Assembly (NCBI RefSeq): GCF_009914755.1
Contig: NC_060932.1
DNA length: 64,000 nt
From: the human T2T-CHM13v2.0 reference genome, Homo sapiens
Strand: one strand, 5' to 3'
The number at the start of each line of letters is the position of its first letter. Position 1 is the first letter of the stretch. The notes under the pieces are model-generated. The model was not told the DNA's origin and did not search any database. It saw only the letters and a program-made list of their open reading frames with translations. The translations under genes were made by a program, and so were the position numbers. This document shows positions 39,771-56,064 of this stretch, piece after piece.

Positions 39771-39784
39771 GTTGCCATGGCAAC
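39771..39784. promoter_or_regulatory. Perfect palindromic RFX X-box GTTGCCATGGCAAC
   Basis: Exact match to the optimal RFX consensus palindrome. Confidence 0.7.
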
Positions 39785-41386
39785 CCCGGAGGAGGAGGGG
39801 ACCACTAGGGCAGCCTGGCTCCCGGCAGCAGCTCTGTGGGGCCCAGGGCTGTGTCCCTGTCCTCTCGGCTGCCACCTGGTCAGTGCTGAGCCCAGCCAGA
39901 GGCCAGCCCAGTCCTGTCTGGTCCTCTGGGTGAGATAAGTGTTGGGTTTCTGATTAAACCCGGGCAGAAAAGCCTGCACACCCCAGGCTCGCCTCCCTAG
40001 GCCGACTGTGGAGCCATGTCCCAGACCTCCTGACCTCTTACTCACCCAGAACAAAGGGATTTGCCTTTTCAGAAAACAAAAGGAAAAGATGCAGGCATGA
40101 GCTTTGCCCTGCACCACCCTGAATTTTCTGTGTATGAAACCCCTTAGAGCCTCTGCACTCCCTTGGCTGTGGGGCTGGCCTCACTGTTCTCTGGCCTCTG
40201 AAGCCACCGCAGGTCCCAGCTCATGGCCCCTGCCTTTGTCTCCGGTTGAAATCAGGGCTGTGCCCTCTACTGATGGGCCTGGCCTGGCTGAAACCGCAAC
40301 ATCAGGGCAAGGTAGAGTGGAGATGCCTCTTCCTGCCACCCCTGCACCAGACAGGTGTTGACGGAGGAATCAGGAGATGCTGTCCTTGAGTGAAGCCACG
40401 ACTCTCTCTGATGTGGAGTTTTAGGCTTGGTGACACACACAGCAGGCTCAGCAGAGGAAACAGAGCGCTTTGCACACACACGTGGGCCTCCGCTCTCCAG
40501 CCAAGCCCACCCTGGCTTTGGCAGCAGAGCCATGGGCAACCCAGACGGTGTCGGGGTCAAGAAGGTGAGGCCGGCACTAAAGACATCCCATCCCCCAAGA
40601 CCTGCCCTGCTGAGGATCCTGCAGGGCCCTAAGTCACAGTGTAGCTAATTCTTCCTTCCAGAAATTTCTGGGAGAACCCAGTTATACCTGCAGATGGAAA
40701 GCTTTCCACACGCGTGATAGCTAGTCCTGCCAGATAGTAGGTTCTAGAAGATGGCACAGCAACCCCAAGGAGTGTGGGCAGTAGGCTCTGGGCTGTCACT
40801 GAGGAGCCCCGGGCCTTAGGCTGGTCACATAGGCTGCCACCTCGGTTTGCTGCATGATGGGGTAAGAAGACCCAGCCTTCCCTGCAGTGTAGATGTGCTG
40901 CGGTGTAGACGTGCTCCATAAACTCAGTGAAGGTGGTTCTGCTGTGGAGTGGCCAGCGTCATAGGACAGCACAGAACCAAGACAGAGCTGGCTATCTCGG
41001 GGGGCAACTTGATTCCCAGAGGACACTCTTGCTTTGTTCTGTTTGAGTAGACCATGGGGAGGGTCACAGAGCCTCTGACCCAGTTCTGGTCCCCAGCTCA
41101 GCCTTCCTGGCTCCTGCTGCAGCCCTCCCCTCCACCTCCACAGGGAGCTGTGCATCTGCTGGTTTCAGTCCTTGCCCTGCCAGGTACAGTCTGAGTGCCA
41201 CTGGGCCCGTGCCTTATCATCTCTGTGCCTCGGTCTCTTCATCTGTGTAATGGGACAATCATAGTGCATACTTCACAAGATTCTCATGCAAATAAGTGAG
41301 GTGCTATCTCCTTATAGTGCCTGGCACATATTGAGTGCTTCATACATATTAGCAGCTTGACAGTGTTACTAAAATGTTATTTAGAG

Positions 41387-41535
41387 TCAGGCATGGTGGC
41401 ACATGCCTGCAGTTCCAGCTACTTGGGAGGCTGAGGCAGGAGATCACTTGACCCCAGGAGTCTGAGGCTGCAGTGAGCTGTGATTGTACCACTTGCGCTC
41501 CAGCCTGGGCAACAGTGAGACCTCATCTCAATAAC
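41387..41535 (+). mobile_element. Alu monomer (FRAM/FAM-like) next to a MIR (~41200-41360)
   Basis: Single right-arm-type monomer with a short tail. Confidence 0.8.
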
Positions 41536-44169
41536 AAAGTTACTTAGTAGGAAAGTTATTAAGGGGCAGGATTCGAGTTGCATTTTAGAAGGATAACCGG
41601 CAGCAGGACAGAGGAGAGGAAGCCTGGAGGAGGGAGCCTTGTGGAGAAGGGGACAGCGTCCACGTCCCCAGGCTCAGGCTGAGGGGTCAGGAGTGCAGGG
41701 GCATGGGGGCAGCCGTGATGAAGGGGACAGAGCGGGGAGATCACCCCAGCTTTCCTGCAGCAGATCTGTGTTCTGGGAACCAGCCAGCTTCTGTGGCCTC
41801 CACTTTCTCCTGCGTGAAGTCAGAAGGACGTGAGGCCCGAATGTGTGTGCTGATGCTCGGTGAACTCTAAGGAGACCTACCATTGCTCAGCCCGTGCTGG
41901 CACTGGGGAACGTGCCTGCACATTCCCCCAGCATTCATAGGTGCTAAATAAAGCACCCTTTTTTCTGGGCCAGGATCTCAGGCCGTCACGTCTGTTTATG
42001 GGAGCTTGGGCTTCGGTTTCATGAGAAAAGTTATCTGTTTCCTCACCTGTAAAATGGGGATTTGAATAGGGTTAGTGCACCTCTTTCAGGCTGCAGAAAC
42101 AGACCCGAGGCAACCTCGTGGGGTGGAGGCTGATGATGAGAAGGGAGGGAGCTGCAGGTGGAGGAAGCAGCAGCCTGTGGGAGACAGATGCAGCCACAGG
42201 CTCACTCCTTCATGCTCTATCTGCCTCTGCTCACCCCCTCTCCCTCTGGGGACTGTCACAGTCCTGAAACAGCCCAGAGGCACCACTCCCAAAAGAGCAC
42301 AGCTCACCAGACTTCTCGGCCCTTCAGTTGTTTGCCCCGATGTCCGGCTGTAGCCCAGCTGGGCTGGTCTCATGACCCAGCGTGTATCCATTTTGCACAG
42401 GGAACCATGGGCGGCGTTTCTGCCAGAGGAGCAGAGCAAGGATAAATTCATTCATATGCGAAATTGTCATTCTGTCCTCATCAAGCATAGCCTGTCATGG
42501 ATTGTGAGTTAGGAGACAAGTCAACTCTGCATGTGGACAGACTCAGTAAGATTTCATTAGGAGGACAGTGACCATCCACCCTGTGGTTCTCAATGGGAGG
42601 TCGCACAGCACCCCCTCCCTGCCCCCCACCACCAAGGGACACGTGGAATGGTGGCAGAGGGAGCCTTTTGGATTGTCATGACATTTTATGACACTGGCTT
42701 GCTCTCAGTTGTATATTTTCCTCCCCAAATGAGTTGTGCTTCCTGTCTCATTTCAGTTACAGCTCTTGGTTGTGAGCAAGAGAAAATGACATTATTGTAA
42801 GGCTGTCAGGTGCCCACAGAATTGGCAGGAAGTAAAGACCAGAAAACAGGCAGAACCAGGGCAGATCCAGAAGGCAGAGGCAGGAGATCCCGGGCCAGTC
42901 CTTCAGCAGAGACAATTTGGCTAAGAGGATGCCACCACCCCTGCACTTCACATCTGCCTCCAGGGTTGGTTCACAGATGCGCCCTAACCATCCCTTCCTC
43001 TGAGACTCACACGCACCCAATTCAGAGTCGGGGCCTGAGCAGCTGACTGGCCAAGCTCAGGTCACATGCTCACACCTGGTCACCAGGGCATGAGCTGGGA
43101 AGAGGAGCACGTGGTCCTCTGGTTGCAGAGAAGGCTGCACGGCCTGCCTGCTGTTCTGCACAAAATGGGGAGCTCCCTCCACACAGGAAAGGAGAGGGTG
43201 TTGGATATGGCAAACAGACACACAGTCCAACGAAAGACAAATAGCAGCAAGCATCCACTGTGCTCTTTAATATTCCTTCTCCAGTGCGTGCTGTGTCAGT
43301 CACTTACGAATGTCAGAAACCCCACTCCAAGTAGCTGAAGCAAAAAAGGCGGAAGGTATACGCTGTGTAACCTGGGCAGGGCGGGTGGCTTCCCACGGGG
43401 CCCAGCTGCGGGCCCCCAGCTCCTTGCCACTGGGCTCTGATGGCCAAGCTACCACACTGTCGGCTTGGCTTTGCTCTCCAGTTAGACCCTTTCCCCACAT
43501 GTGCTGAGCATGGTGGCCCCAGCGGCCCCGGCCAGCTCAGAGCAAGGCTGGCCTCTGAGTGGTTCTGACACCAAAACTTCATCCTGTGTCTCCCCACGCC
43601 CCAGGAGAAAGGAAACCCCAGGGATGGGCTCCTGTGGGAAAGGGGGATGCACTTTCCAGAAGAGGGAGGAAGCTGCTGGATGGAAATGACCTCATCCTGC
43701 ACTGGACTCCAAGGAGGCCCTCATGCTAGGTCTGTCACATCAGACTGTCCCCTCCAACTCCAGCACATAGTCCTGGGATTTGGGATGAGCTGCAGCTGTT
43801 CCTGTCTTTGTCCCACTGCAGGCCCAGAGCCTGCACACCTATGTCTGGACACTTGTGGTCAGGGCAGGCAGGGTGGGTGGCATCCGTGGGGACAGGAGGG
43901 GAGGCACCATCCCAGGAAGCCTGGGTGTCTTTTTCTGCCTCTCTGAGCCCATCCAGGCTGGCTCAGATTTGAGCAAGGACAGGTCGCTGTGAGTGGGAGG
44001 AAATCTGTTTTATTGGCTCATTCATTCCACAGCATTTAAAGAGAGCAGCATTGTGCTAAGTACTGGAGGGTCCAGCATAAAAGGCTTGGTTCTCGTCCTG
44101 AAGTTGAGAGTCTGCTAGAGGCGACCATTGACAAAGGCCCTGGGTGTAAGTGCTGTGGCTTAAGAGGGG

Positions 44170-44415
44170 CAGTAAGCCCAGTGGTTAGGGGCCAGCTCAG
44201 AGCTAGACTGCAGAGGTTCAAATCCCAGCTTCACCACTTATAAGCTCTGTGGCTTCAGGCAAGGTCCCGAACCTGTCTATGCCTCAGTCTCTTCATCTGT
44301 AAAATGGGGATGATGATACCCCAGATTCATAGGGCTGTTGTGAGGATTAAATGTGTTAATACATGTAAAGCTTTTAGCACCACAGCTCGTGTGGTGTGCT
44401 GTAAGCATTAGCTAA
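44170..44415 (+). mobile_element. MIR, near full length
   Basis: ggttcaaatcccagcttcaccactt…gcctcagtctcttcatctgtaaaatgggg…gtgaggattaaatg. Confidence 0.88.
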
Positions 44416-46420
44416 TGTTGCGATGACATAATTGTTTCTCTGATGTGCTCGGGTTGTCCTGGGTACACACAGCCCAGCCTGGGCAAATCAAGCAAAACTT
44501 CCCCCAGGAGAAAATCCCTGAGAACTGAACTAAGGCACAGAAGGGAGTGAAGGGCTTTCCAGGCTGGAGGAAAGCTTGTGCCGAGTCAGGGGTGTGAAAG
44601 AGCATGGTGTCCGGCGGGACAGGAGTGCTGGGTCGGGGTTGGAAAGATTGTGTCTTATGGAGAAGAAACGAAAGGGTTCTAGTGGAGAATGCGAGGCTGG
44701 AAGGAACAGCAGGAGCGCGTGGTGAGAGGAGGTGTGGAGGGGATGGGTCAGCAGTGCCTGCGTCTTCCCCTGCCCTTGGGAGCCCATCGAGGAAGTGGAT
44801 GTGACCGTTTTCCAGGTGAACAGATTAGGTCATAATGAGACAAGGTGTTGGCTGAGCTGCCCCCACCTGGCTCCTCCAGCAGCCAGAGGAGTTAGCTCAT
44901 GGTTGGCGAAGGCTCCTCCAAGGAGCCGCTGTGGGCCTGGGAGCCAGGGAGCTTGTTGGAACAGCAGTCTCTGTGTGTGGCATGGGTCCTCGGCACTGGC
45001 ACACAGAGCTGCAGAAAGGCTGACGCGCCCCCCCAAGGGCTTGTCCCCACTGCTGCTGGGTGGCCTGCCTGGCGGGGCGTGCCTGGGCCTGGTGGGATTA
45101 CAGGGTCTGATGTCGTTTTTCTAGACACCCTAGGTCCCAGGTCTGGCAGCGTCCTTTGGCTTCCTTCTCCGGCCCCTCCACCCCTAGGAACGACCCAGGT
45201 TACATGTAAAGAAAGCCCGTTTGTTTAGAGTGTTGGGGGGCTCTTCCTCCCGGGGCCTGGGCCCCAGGAGTCCCTGGTTTGTCAAGCGAGGGGAGGCCTC
45301 CACTGCTTTTCCAGCCCAGGAAGCTGCCCAGTGCTGGCATCTGTTCCCCGGCACCCGGCCAGCACCTCTCTGCCGGCTCAGGCCGGGTCCAGCTCAGTGC
45401 CCAGTGAGCAGTGACAAGCTTTTCTGCTGTCACGTCCCTGCGCCTGTGTGGGTGACATTCCAGCTGAGCTCCTGTGCCTAGTGGGAGGGAAGAAACCCCT
45501 TTGGGCTTGTTCAGGCACCAGGGCACCCAGGGGGACAGTGCTCCCCAAACACTGACGACCAGGAAAACACATGCTGCTTGAGCAACTCCTCGCGGTCTGA
45601 CTGTGCTGGGGGCAATCCCATTCCTGCAGCAGCTCCTCACCATCTGGCTGTGCTGGGGGCAATCCCGTTCCTGCCAGCTACGGGTGACCACCTGCTCTAA
45701 AATAGTGACTCCCCAACTCAGGCCTCTCCACATTGCACACACGCCTATTCAGGTGGGTACAGCTCTTTATAGTTTAAAGAGAGCTCTCACATACCAGGTT
45801 CCATAGATCCTCAGCCATTGCACAGATTAGGGAACTGAGGCCACGAGGAAAGGACTGAGCCTGGGTGCTCGGCTTGTCAGCAGTGCTGGGACCAGAAACC
45901 AGGCTTCTGGGGCCTGGCCTTGGTCTGCCATGCAGAGAGCACAGGGTGGAGTCTCTCCAACACCCCGAGCCGTGGGCGGGGCATTCACAATGTGAGCAGA
46001 GAGGGAAGGGAGCAGGCATGGAATGGTTTTAGTAAGTGGAGCTGTTCTCTCCCTTCTATGGCAGAACAGACTCCACTAAGTTTTGAGACCTGAAAATCTG
46101 GGGGAGGTGGGATCAACTGACTTCGTGTCGTTTGGTGTCCAGGGAAGGATGTGAGGGGGCAGGGATTGTCTTGGGCCACCCAGCAGGTCAGAGACCAACA
46201 GAGTGTCTGCTCAGTGCAGTTGGAGGGTCATGATCTGTCATGTGACGGTGATATAACTCTGATAGGTTATGTCATCTTAATAATGACATTTTAAAAACCA
46301 TGACTAAGGCTACATGACTATGTCTAGGGCTTCCTGTAGACCAGGCAGTGTGCTGAGAGCTCACATTTGTAACCTTATTGAATCCCTGATTAGGACTTAC
46401 GAGGTAGATGTTATTATCCC

Positions 46421-46884
<464 letters not shown>

Positions 46885-47298
46885 GTTGTTCTCATTTCTC
46901 AGAAGAGGACACAGAGGCCCAGAGTGGTCATGAAGCAATGTGCCAGCGTCACAAAGCCAATGGCTGCCCTGGAGCTCTAACCCAGAGCCCACACTCTCCA
47001 GAGTAGAAAGAGGCTGAGACAGAGTCAAATGACTGTGCCCAGGTCCAGCTGCTGGCACCTGCCTGTGACCAGGAGGTGAGGCACTTCACCTGCCCTAGCC
47101 TCGATTTCTCCTTGGTGAAATGGGGTGATCCCGCCTGCCTCTGGGGGCTACTTTGGGGCTCACATGGGCAGATGTGCACACTGTGTTTTCTGCACTTCAC
47201 CAAGCTCAGCAGATCTGAGGACCATCACTAGCTGGTCACAGTTCACAGGGGCTAATGCCCGTGCCACCAGATGGTCCTGACATGGTCTATGCAGGCCT

Positions 47299-47751
<453 letters not shown>

Positions 47752-49914
47752 TCATCCGCCTGCAGTTGAATCCTCTCCAGGAAGCTTTGATGGATCTAAT
47801 CAGAGCTCCCCTGCCAGGGAGAAGGAAGCCCTGTAGGTGCAGCTGCCCCAGACATGCTCAAAACAGATCCTGGCACCTCAGCAAAGAGGCAGACGGCGCC
47901 TGGGAGGGGCCCCAGAAAGCAGCTGATAAGTCTTTAGATTTGGACAGATTCTGACCGTGAAACTGCACAGGAGACTCCCATGAGTACATTTCGCATTTGC
48001 GGACTTAGCGTGCTAAGTCTTCAGAGAGTGCCGGTGAATTTTAGTTCTGCCAATCTGCTAGAACATAGGAGGTTGGTATTTATCACTCCCATTTTACAGA
48101 TGAAGAAAATGAGACTTAGCAAGCCTGACAAGACGTAGAGCTAGGCCATCTGATCCCAACTCTAGTGTCTGCATCTGGAGACAGTGGTTCTCCACCCCGG
48201 CTGCACACTCGGATCATCGGGGGAGCTGAACACTGCTGTCTAAGTCCCATCTCTCGACCAATTGAATCAGAATCCAGTTCCTCAGGGGGATTCTCGCTTG
48301 CTCCAAGCAGAGCTGGAGGTGACAGCGGGTTTCTCTGCTTACCAGTTGGGGTGGACTATTCCTTCTCATTCTCCATGGATGCCCCTTGCTAGGGCAGGCT
48401 CGTAGCCTAGGGCGGCAGAGGTCGGGCAGCAGGACGTCCTCCAGTCACATCCCCACCACAGGCTGGGGCTGAGGAAAACGTCTGGACTGGAAAGTTCTGC
48501 TCTCCTTTCTTAAGCGTCTGCGTGCCATGTCGGAGAGGAATCCCAGGACACCGCGAGGTGGTCCTGCTGCCTGTTCAGCTTTTGCCACCCTCATCTTAAT
48601 TCTTTTCCCTCCTATCCTCACCTCCCTTCTGCCCAGTTCCCCTCACTCCAAACAAGTAATCATGACTATGGCTATTCCCTTCCTTTTTTTTTTTTTTTTT
48701 TTTTTGGCCGGGATGTTTTTAGGCATTTACAAGTCAGTAACAATCCCTCTTTCTTTCTCCTTTTTCACCCCAAGGGTGGCCTACTCTCCAGGCTGCTGAG
48801 AATCTTGCTTTTCTTCATTTAAGCTTTATCTCAAACATCATTCCATATCAATTCATTCTTTTTTATAGCTGCATGTCCCCCAGCACAGATTTTTTTTTTT
48901 TAAAACACACCCTTAAAATCCAGGGCTTACCACCTGGGTCCAAATCAGATGTCTCCTACTCTGATTCACCCATGTCCACTGCCCACCCCATGGACCTCGG
49001 ACCACAGAGTCTGGAGGCTGCGGTCTCTTCTTACTGGGAGTTAGATTTCTACCCTGTGTCTGATGTTATGGGGTAGGAGCTGGGGCTTATGCCTCCTCTC
49101 TGGAGATGGGGAGGCCACATCAGATCCCATAGCTGAAGTCTTTACCAAACAGGTGCTGCCATGCGGGCACTTAGGTGAACACGAGAAGCCTCGTTCTAGA
49201 ACAATGAGTCACAGCCTGCTTGTTTAGCCATCCAGCCCAGGTGCCACCGCCTTCTTCCCTCCACAGCTGCAGGTTTATTTGCTTCTGTCTCTGAAGAGGT
49301 GAGGTAAGGTGTTGTTCTTGGAGGAAGAAGCTAGGAGCGTAGAGTAAGACCTGGATGTAGAAACGGCTGCTGGAGGACAGGACCTGTGGTGGGTGGAGGT
49401 GGTGAGGGGGCAGTGGCACCTGGACGGAGCAGACCCACCTTAGCCTGTGTGGGGTGCGGTTTCCCTGCTGGCTGGCTCTGGGGACCCCCCGGCTGTTGCC
49501 ACAGAGAGGAAAGACCTGTGGCCTCAGATTCAGACAGCCTGAGCTTGTCCCCACAACTTATTGCTGGGAGATCTCGGTGAGTCATTTAACTTCTAGGATA
49601 TTTGGGTTCCTCGTGTGTGAAATGAGAATAAAAACAAATCCCTGCAGACTTGCTGGGGGCATTAAATAAGATAGTAGAGGCGGAGTCGTTTTTATATAAA
49701 TGGTAAAACACTGCACAATTTTTCAATTGCTCATTAACTTCTCTGCATTGAATTAAGGCATTAAAATGATCTCACTTCCGTCCCGGACTAGCCATGAGAA
49801 GCGCAGCCACCAGTCCACTCTGAGCCTCAGTTTCCCCTCCTGTGGAGTGGACGTGCCCGCCTCTGAGTGGCAGGGCAGGGATCGGGACTGATGCGGTTCT
49901 CATCCCTCCCACAG

Positions 49915-50842
<928 letters not shown>

Positions 50843-53800
50843 TGAGTTGAAGGCAGGCGTCATTTGTATGTGGCTGGGGGGACCCAGGTGTCATCAGCCC
50901 CTAATTGCAGACACTAATGAAGGAAGCAGGTGTTTTCTGGCAGAACCTGAACCCATGTTAAGGTGTACCCCCCTCCCCCCAACACCGCTCCCAGTACTGG
51001 AGTCTGGCTCCTGGGGTGTGACTGCCCCTCCCTCTGTGCTGGAACCTCCCCACCCTGCTGTCCACCCCAGCTGCCTGCCACTCCGGGGACCACTCTTCTG
51101 CACGTGAGCGGCCTCTTCTTGTGCTGGGCGCTGGCCGGGTGGCTCCATGGGGCACAGTGGCTGGGGTGTGGCTGTGCAGGGCGCTGCTGTGAGGAGCTGG
51201 CTCGGTGTGGAATGTGCTCGAGTGGTGAGGAGTTGTGGAGCTGCCCAGAGTCGGCGGGATGGGTCCTGCCTGGGGAGAAGCTCGGTGAGGAGGCTCAGAG
51301 GAGGAGTTGGCTCAGAAGTCAGGGCGGGGCCAGGTGTGAGGTAAAGGCACATTGTGTTTGAGCTGGGACCGCAGCGCGGTCACTTTCCTGCTCATAGGCA
51401 AAGCAGATTCCCAATAGGAGCATCTTTTGTGCATGGTGACTCAGCCTGAGAACAGGGTGGGGGGGCAGAGCTGGGTGCCCTGTCCCCTTCCACCCCCCCA
51501 GGGGAGAATCACCCGTGTCTGGCACGACAGCCTCTCAGCAGCACCAGGCATGAAGCTAACCCTACCCCAGCTCTCAACCCCTGCCCCACCCCGTCCCTGA
51601 GGCCCAGGTGACACCTGCGAGTCAGGCCACTCTGGCCACAGGTGAGCCAGCCATCAAGGGCAGCTGCCTTCCAGAGCCGGCAGTGGCTCTTGGGTCAGCT
51701 GGGTAGGCTGAGGCCTGCTTGGTTTGTTTTGCAGAATCCCGAAAACTAAATCCCCATGAGGCCTGGAATGCCTCAGGGGCTGAGAGAATCCACTGGGGTT
51801 TGGAGTGGGGCAGGGCTCAGGGACGCAGGGATCTGACTGATTAATTGGAAGCCTGTTTGCGTTTTAACACTTGATACCGAGAGTGCTTCTCAGAACACAC
51901 CATTCTATTATATCCGTCTTTAGTAACGAGAGGGTGCATGTGCTGTCGGCTTCGGAGAAGATGAGGCACCTGCGGGTTTGAGCCATATCTCTGGGGTGCT
52001 CTATCACCCCTGGTGCTCTTGGTGGGGGGTATAAGAGGTGAGGGGAGATGCACAGTGCCCCAGGACAGACCGCGCACAGCCCCCAGCTGCTCTTTGAATG
52101 GCTGAGGCTAAACTGCTTTGATTTGCTTTCTTAGGAAGGAACAAAAAACATTCTTGTTCATCAAAGATACTATTTGTTGGTTTCCAGTTCGAGATTTTAT
52201 TGCCTGTGGGAGCTGAGGCTTTTTCTTTTTAAGGAAGTTAGCATTCCGCATAGCGCCCACTAGGATGGAGTTTCCTAGAATTTGTCCTGCTTATCGTCCT
52301 TTAGTCTCCTCACTCTGGCGTGTACCGTAACCACCTGGGGAGCTTTTAGGATTCCCAAAGCCTACGCCACACCGAAGACCAATCCAATGAATGTCTGGGG
52401 GTGATAACCACACGTGTGGTTTTTAAAGCTCCTGCGTGCTTCTCATGTGCAGCCTGGGCCTCGAGTCTACAAGTCATGCTCACATCTCCTGCCAGGCCTG
52501 TGAGCCAAGCAGCATGAAGTGCCCTGCCCAGTGTGCTGGCCAAGCGAGGAAGGTGGCCCAGGGTGAGGCACAACCGTGGGTGATGTGTAGAGCCAGGCTC
52601 CATAGGCCAACAGCAGAGCAGAAATTGTCAGGACTAATCTGACTACCAAAGGCTGTCGTACATAGGGTAAAGGGAATATTAGCATTATTAAAAGTGCTTT
52701 ATATTTGCACTGTTTCCGCTCCTCTAGCCACTTCCCTGTGCCACCAGGGGTGTGTCCTGTATGCCAGGCACTTCGCAGGCATTACTGACCTCTTCTAATT
52801 GTCGGATGACCTTCCTGGTACCCCTGCTTTTCCTGTTTGATTCCCAAAAATGTAAATCACAAAAATGTCAGCAGGCAACAGAATGCATGGGGGTGGGGGC
52901 AGAGAGAGAAACAGGACTGAATGAGTTGCAGCCTCATTCCGTGATCTCTGATTCTTACAACAAGACTACATGATTGCCCTCACTGTGTCCATTTCATGGA
53001 TGGATAAATTGAGGTCCACAGAAGTCAGGTGACCTGCTTAGGATGACATGATGAGTGAGCCACAGAGCCGGGGCTGGAACTCATACAGGGTAGAGAGCTA
53101 TGGGGAGAGAGGTAGCAGGTGAGGCTCGTGAGGTGGCCCAACGCAGAGGGTTCCACTGGGCATGCTCAAAGAGCAGCGACCAAGGAGATGCATGCTCCAG
53201 AAATCATCCTCATCACAGGATAGAGAATCTCTCAGAGCATTGACTGCCAAACTCTAATGTGCATGCAGGTCACTGGGGCTCATGTGCAGATGAAGATTCT
53301 GGTCCCTTTGGTTGGGAATGGAGCTTGTGCTTTCGAATTTCCAACAAGCTCTAAGGTGACACTATTCTGTTAGTCCCTGGGCCACACTTAGGGTATCAGG
53401 GAATGAAAGGAGGGCGAGACCAGGGCCAGGGGACCAACAGGGGACCTGAGAGGACAGACCCAGGGATCCCCAAGCGGGAGCTCTGAGCCCTGTGTCTGTC
53501 ATAACTGCCCATGTGGCTTGGGGCTCCTTCGGTGAATGGGCCTCAGTGAACAAACCCACAGCATCCCACCCTGAGTGGTCCAAGAACCACACTCATTCAG
53601 AAGATTGCGACTCTGAGGCCCAAAGCACACCAGACACAGACTGGCTGGCAGGTAGGCAGGCAGGCTGGACGTGCAGTTCCGCCTGCTGCTGGGATTAGAA
53701 AGCAACTTGCAAAAACCCTTTGATTGGATTGAAAACTGAGAGTTCAGCGTTGGAGAACAAACACATTCTGCTCTATTTAAGTCTCAGTCAAAACGTTAAA

Positions 53801-56064
53801 CTTAATGCCATGGTTTCCCTCATTCATCCTCTTAACTCATTGAAGGTACCTTTAAAAATTAACCTATTTAACTCAGTGAAAGTGATTTGCATAACCTTTT
53901 CTGTCATATTTTAAGCCCAGAAGGTGGTTTTCTCTACACCTGGGCAAGCCCTTCCTACAGATTTGTTAGGCTCAAGTGCAAATGTGTTGTTTGTTCTCAC
54001 GTGGCCAAGGAAATCGATTAGAAATCTGTAATTCCCTTAGTCGTGTGGATATTTTCTGTAACTTAAAGGGAGTTTTGACTGCAGGAGAAGGCAGACTCTA
54101 ACCTGTCCTCTGACCACCTAGCAGCTCTCCCAGGAGGCAGTGGTCAATGTCACCTCAACCAGAGGCAGGCAGTGCTGGGTCTGGAAGCATCGTCTTAATC
54201 TGCTCCCGCCTCCTGCAAGACCAGCTAAAAGGCAGAATGACTGCCTGACTGTGGCTGATCTCTGAGGCTGGGAGGATCCTAACAGCTCTCAGGGGTCAGC
54301 TCTCCCTCTCAGCTTTCAAGGAAATGACTGTCACTCCTGACGCCCCCCAGGGATCAGCAAGTAGATCAGATTTTCCTTCAGGCTAATGTGTTGGGGATTC
54401 AAGGCTGATGGAGATCCTCCAAGCCTCTTAGTGCGACTCCCAGCTAAGACGGCCTGACCTTGGGCTCCCCGGGGCGGAGCTGGAGATGTGTGGCTCTCTG
54501 GCTGTGGCAGGCAGGGCTGCGGCCGCCTGACTCCTCCAGGCGAGGCCCAGTCTCGCTGCTCCTGGGACACTGGCTCAGGGGAGTGGCCGTTGTGCAGCTG
54601 CAGTTCTAGGCTGCTCAGGTCCCCAGAAGGTCACAGCCCCCAGGTTTCACCTTCCAGGCAGCCGAGTAGCCTGGGTGGGAGTGGGGGGAGGGCATTGCTT
54701 GAGGAAGTAGGGGAGCTAGGAAGAGCATGATCTGGAGCTGTGGGATTCTCTCCTCTCTAGCTGAGTCCGGAATTCAGAGCATTCACACACGCCTCTGCCC
54801 GGGCTTTGGTCCATCAGCCAACTCCCTGGGATGGGGCCCTGGGCACTCAGCACAGGGGAGCAGGGACCCTCCTTTCTGTTTTCTCTCTTCATTCACACCC
54901 ACAAGTTCCCCTTGCCAACCTGGAAGACAGAGAAAAGGGGCAATAAAGTCTTCCACGTGGTTTATGCAGTGCCAGGATGAAAACCAAAACCTTCCGGCTT
55001 CCTAATGGGCAGTTTGTAGTGAGAAGCCCTGGGCACCCACTGATATTTTTCTTCTAGTTTCACGCAGGTGTGTGATCCCTGCAGACACCCTCCTCCCGCA
55101 GTCTCCTCCCTCCCCCCGCACCAAGGAGGTGTTTATGGCTGTTAGAGAGAGAGAAGAGAACCTTGACAAGTTTTCATCACTTAGGGCCTGTCATGGCAGG
55201 AGGCCTGTGACCTAAACTCAGCTGGCCCCACTGTGGCCACAGCGTGGCTTCGAGGGGGCTGCCCTCTCCCTGTTAACCCTCTGTTGCCTGTGCTGCCTGC
55301 TTGGTATGCACAAGACTCTGGTATGTCAGGGGACAGCCCTCTGAGGCAGGTGTCATCCATGTGTGCTAAGCAGTGTGGCCAAATGGCAGGTCATACTCAC
55401 CAGTGTCTTCCGACGGGAAGTGGGCGATACAGCCAGGTTGATACCCCCCATCTAGGGAACCTTCCATATACACTATCCTGCAAGAAGGCTTGGAAGTATT
55501 TGCTATTCCCATCTTACAGAGGAGAAGACTGAGGCTCAGAAAGGTTGTAGAACTGAGGGACAGAAAGTTTAAAGCGACTTGGCCAAGGTCATATGCAAGG
55601 ATGTGGCTAAGCCACGACACAGACACACATCACTTGGTTCTGGATCCAGATCTCTTTGTTCTGGGCACATCAGATGTCCAAGTCAAGGGGCCCTGAGCTG
55701 CCAGAAAGCCCGTGCTTAAACCCTTCAGAACAGGGTACTTGTAAAAGGTCACACAGGAGGTTGCTAGCACTGCCTCATAACAACCATTTCCAGGGACAGG
55801 GCAGCTGTACTGTTTCAGGATGAAGGTAGCAAGTTGCTCGGAGCCATCAGCGAGGCACTGGCTGAGCGGGGATTTGGTTCACAAGAGAATTCCTCGTCCC
55901 AGCCTCTGTTCTCCCAAGGCTAAGTCTTCTCTGCATAGCCCGGTGCTTTCAGCCTGTCTGGCACCAGCCCTGCAGGAGGAAGATTCCTGTTCTATTCATC
56001 TGGGCAGATACGGCCTCGTGGGGGTTACCAAAGAATGTATAAACAAAAGAACCAGGAAAGGAAA

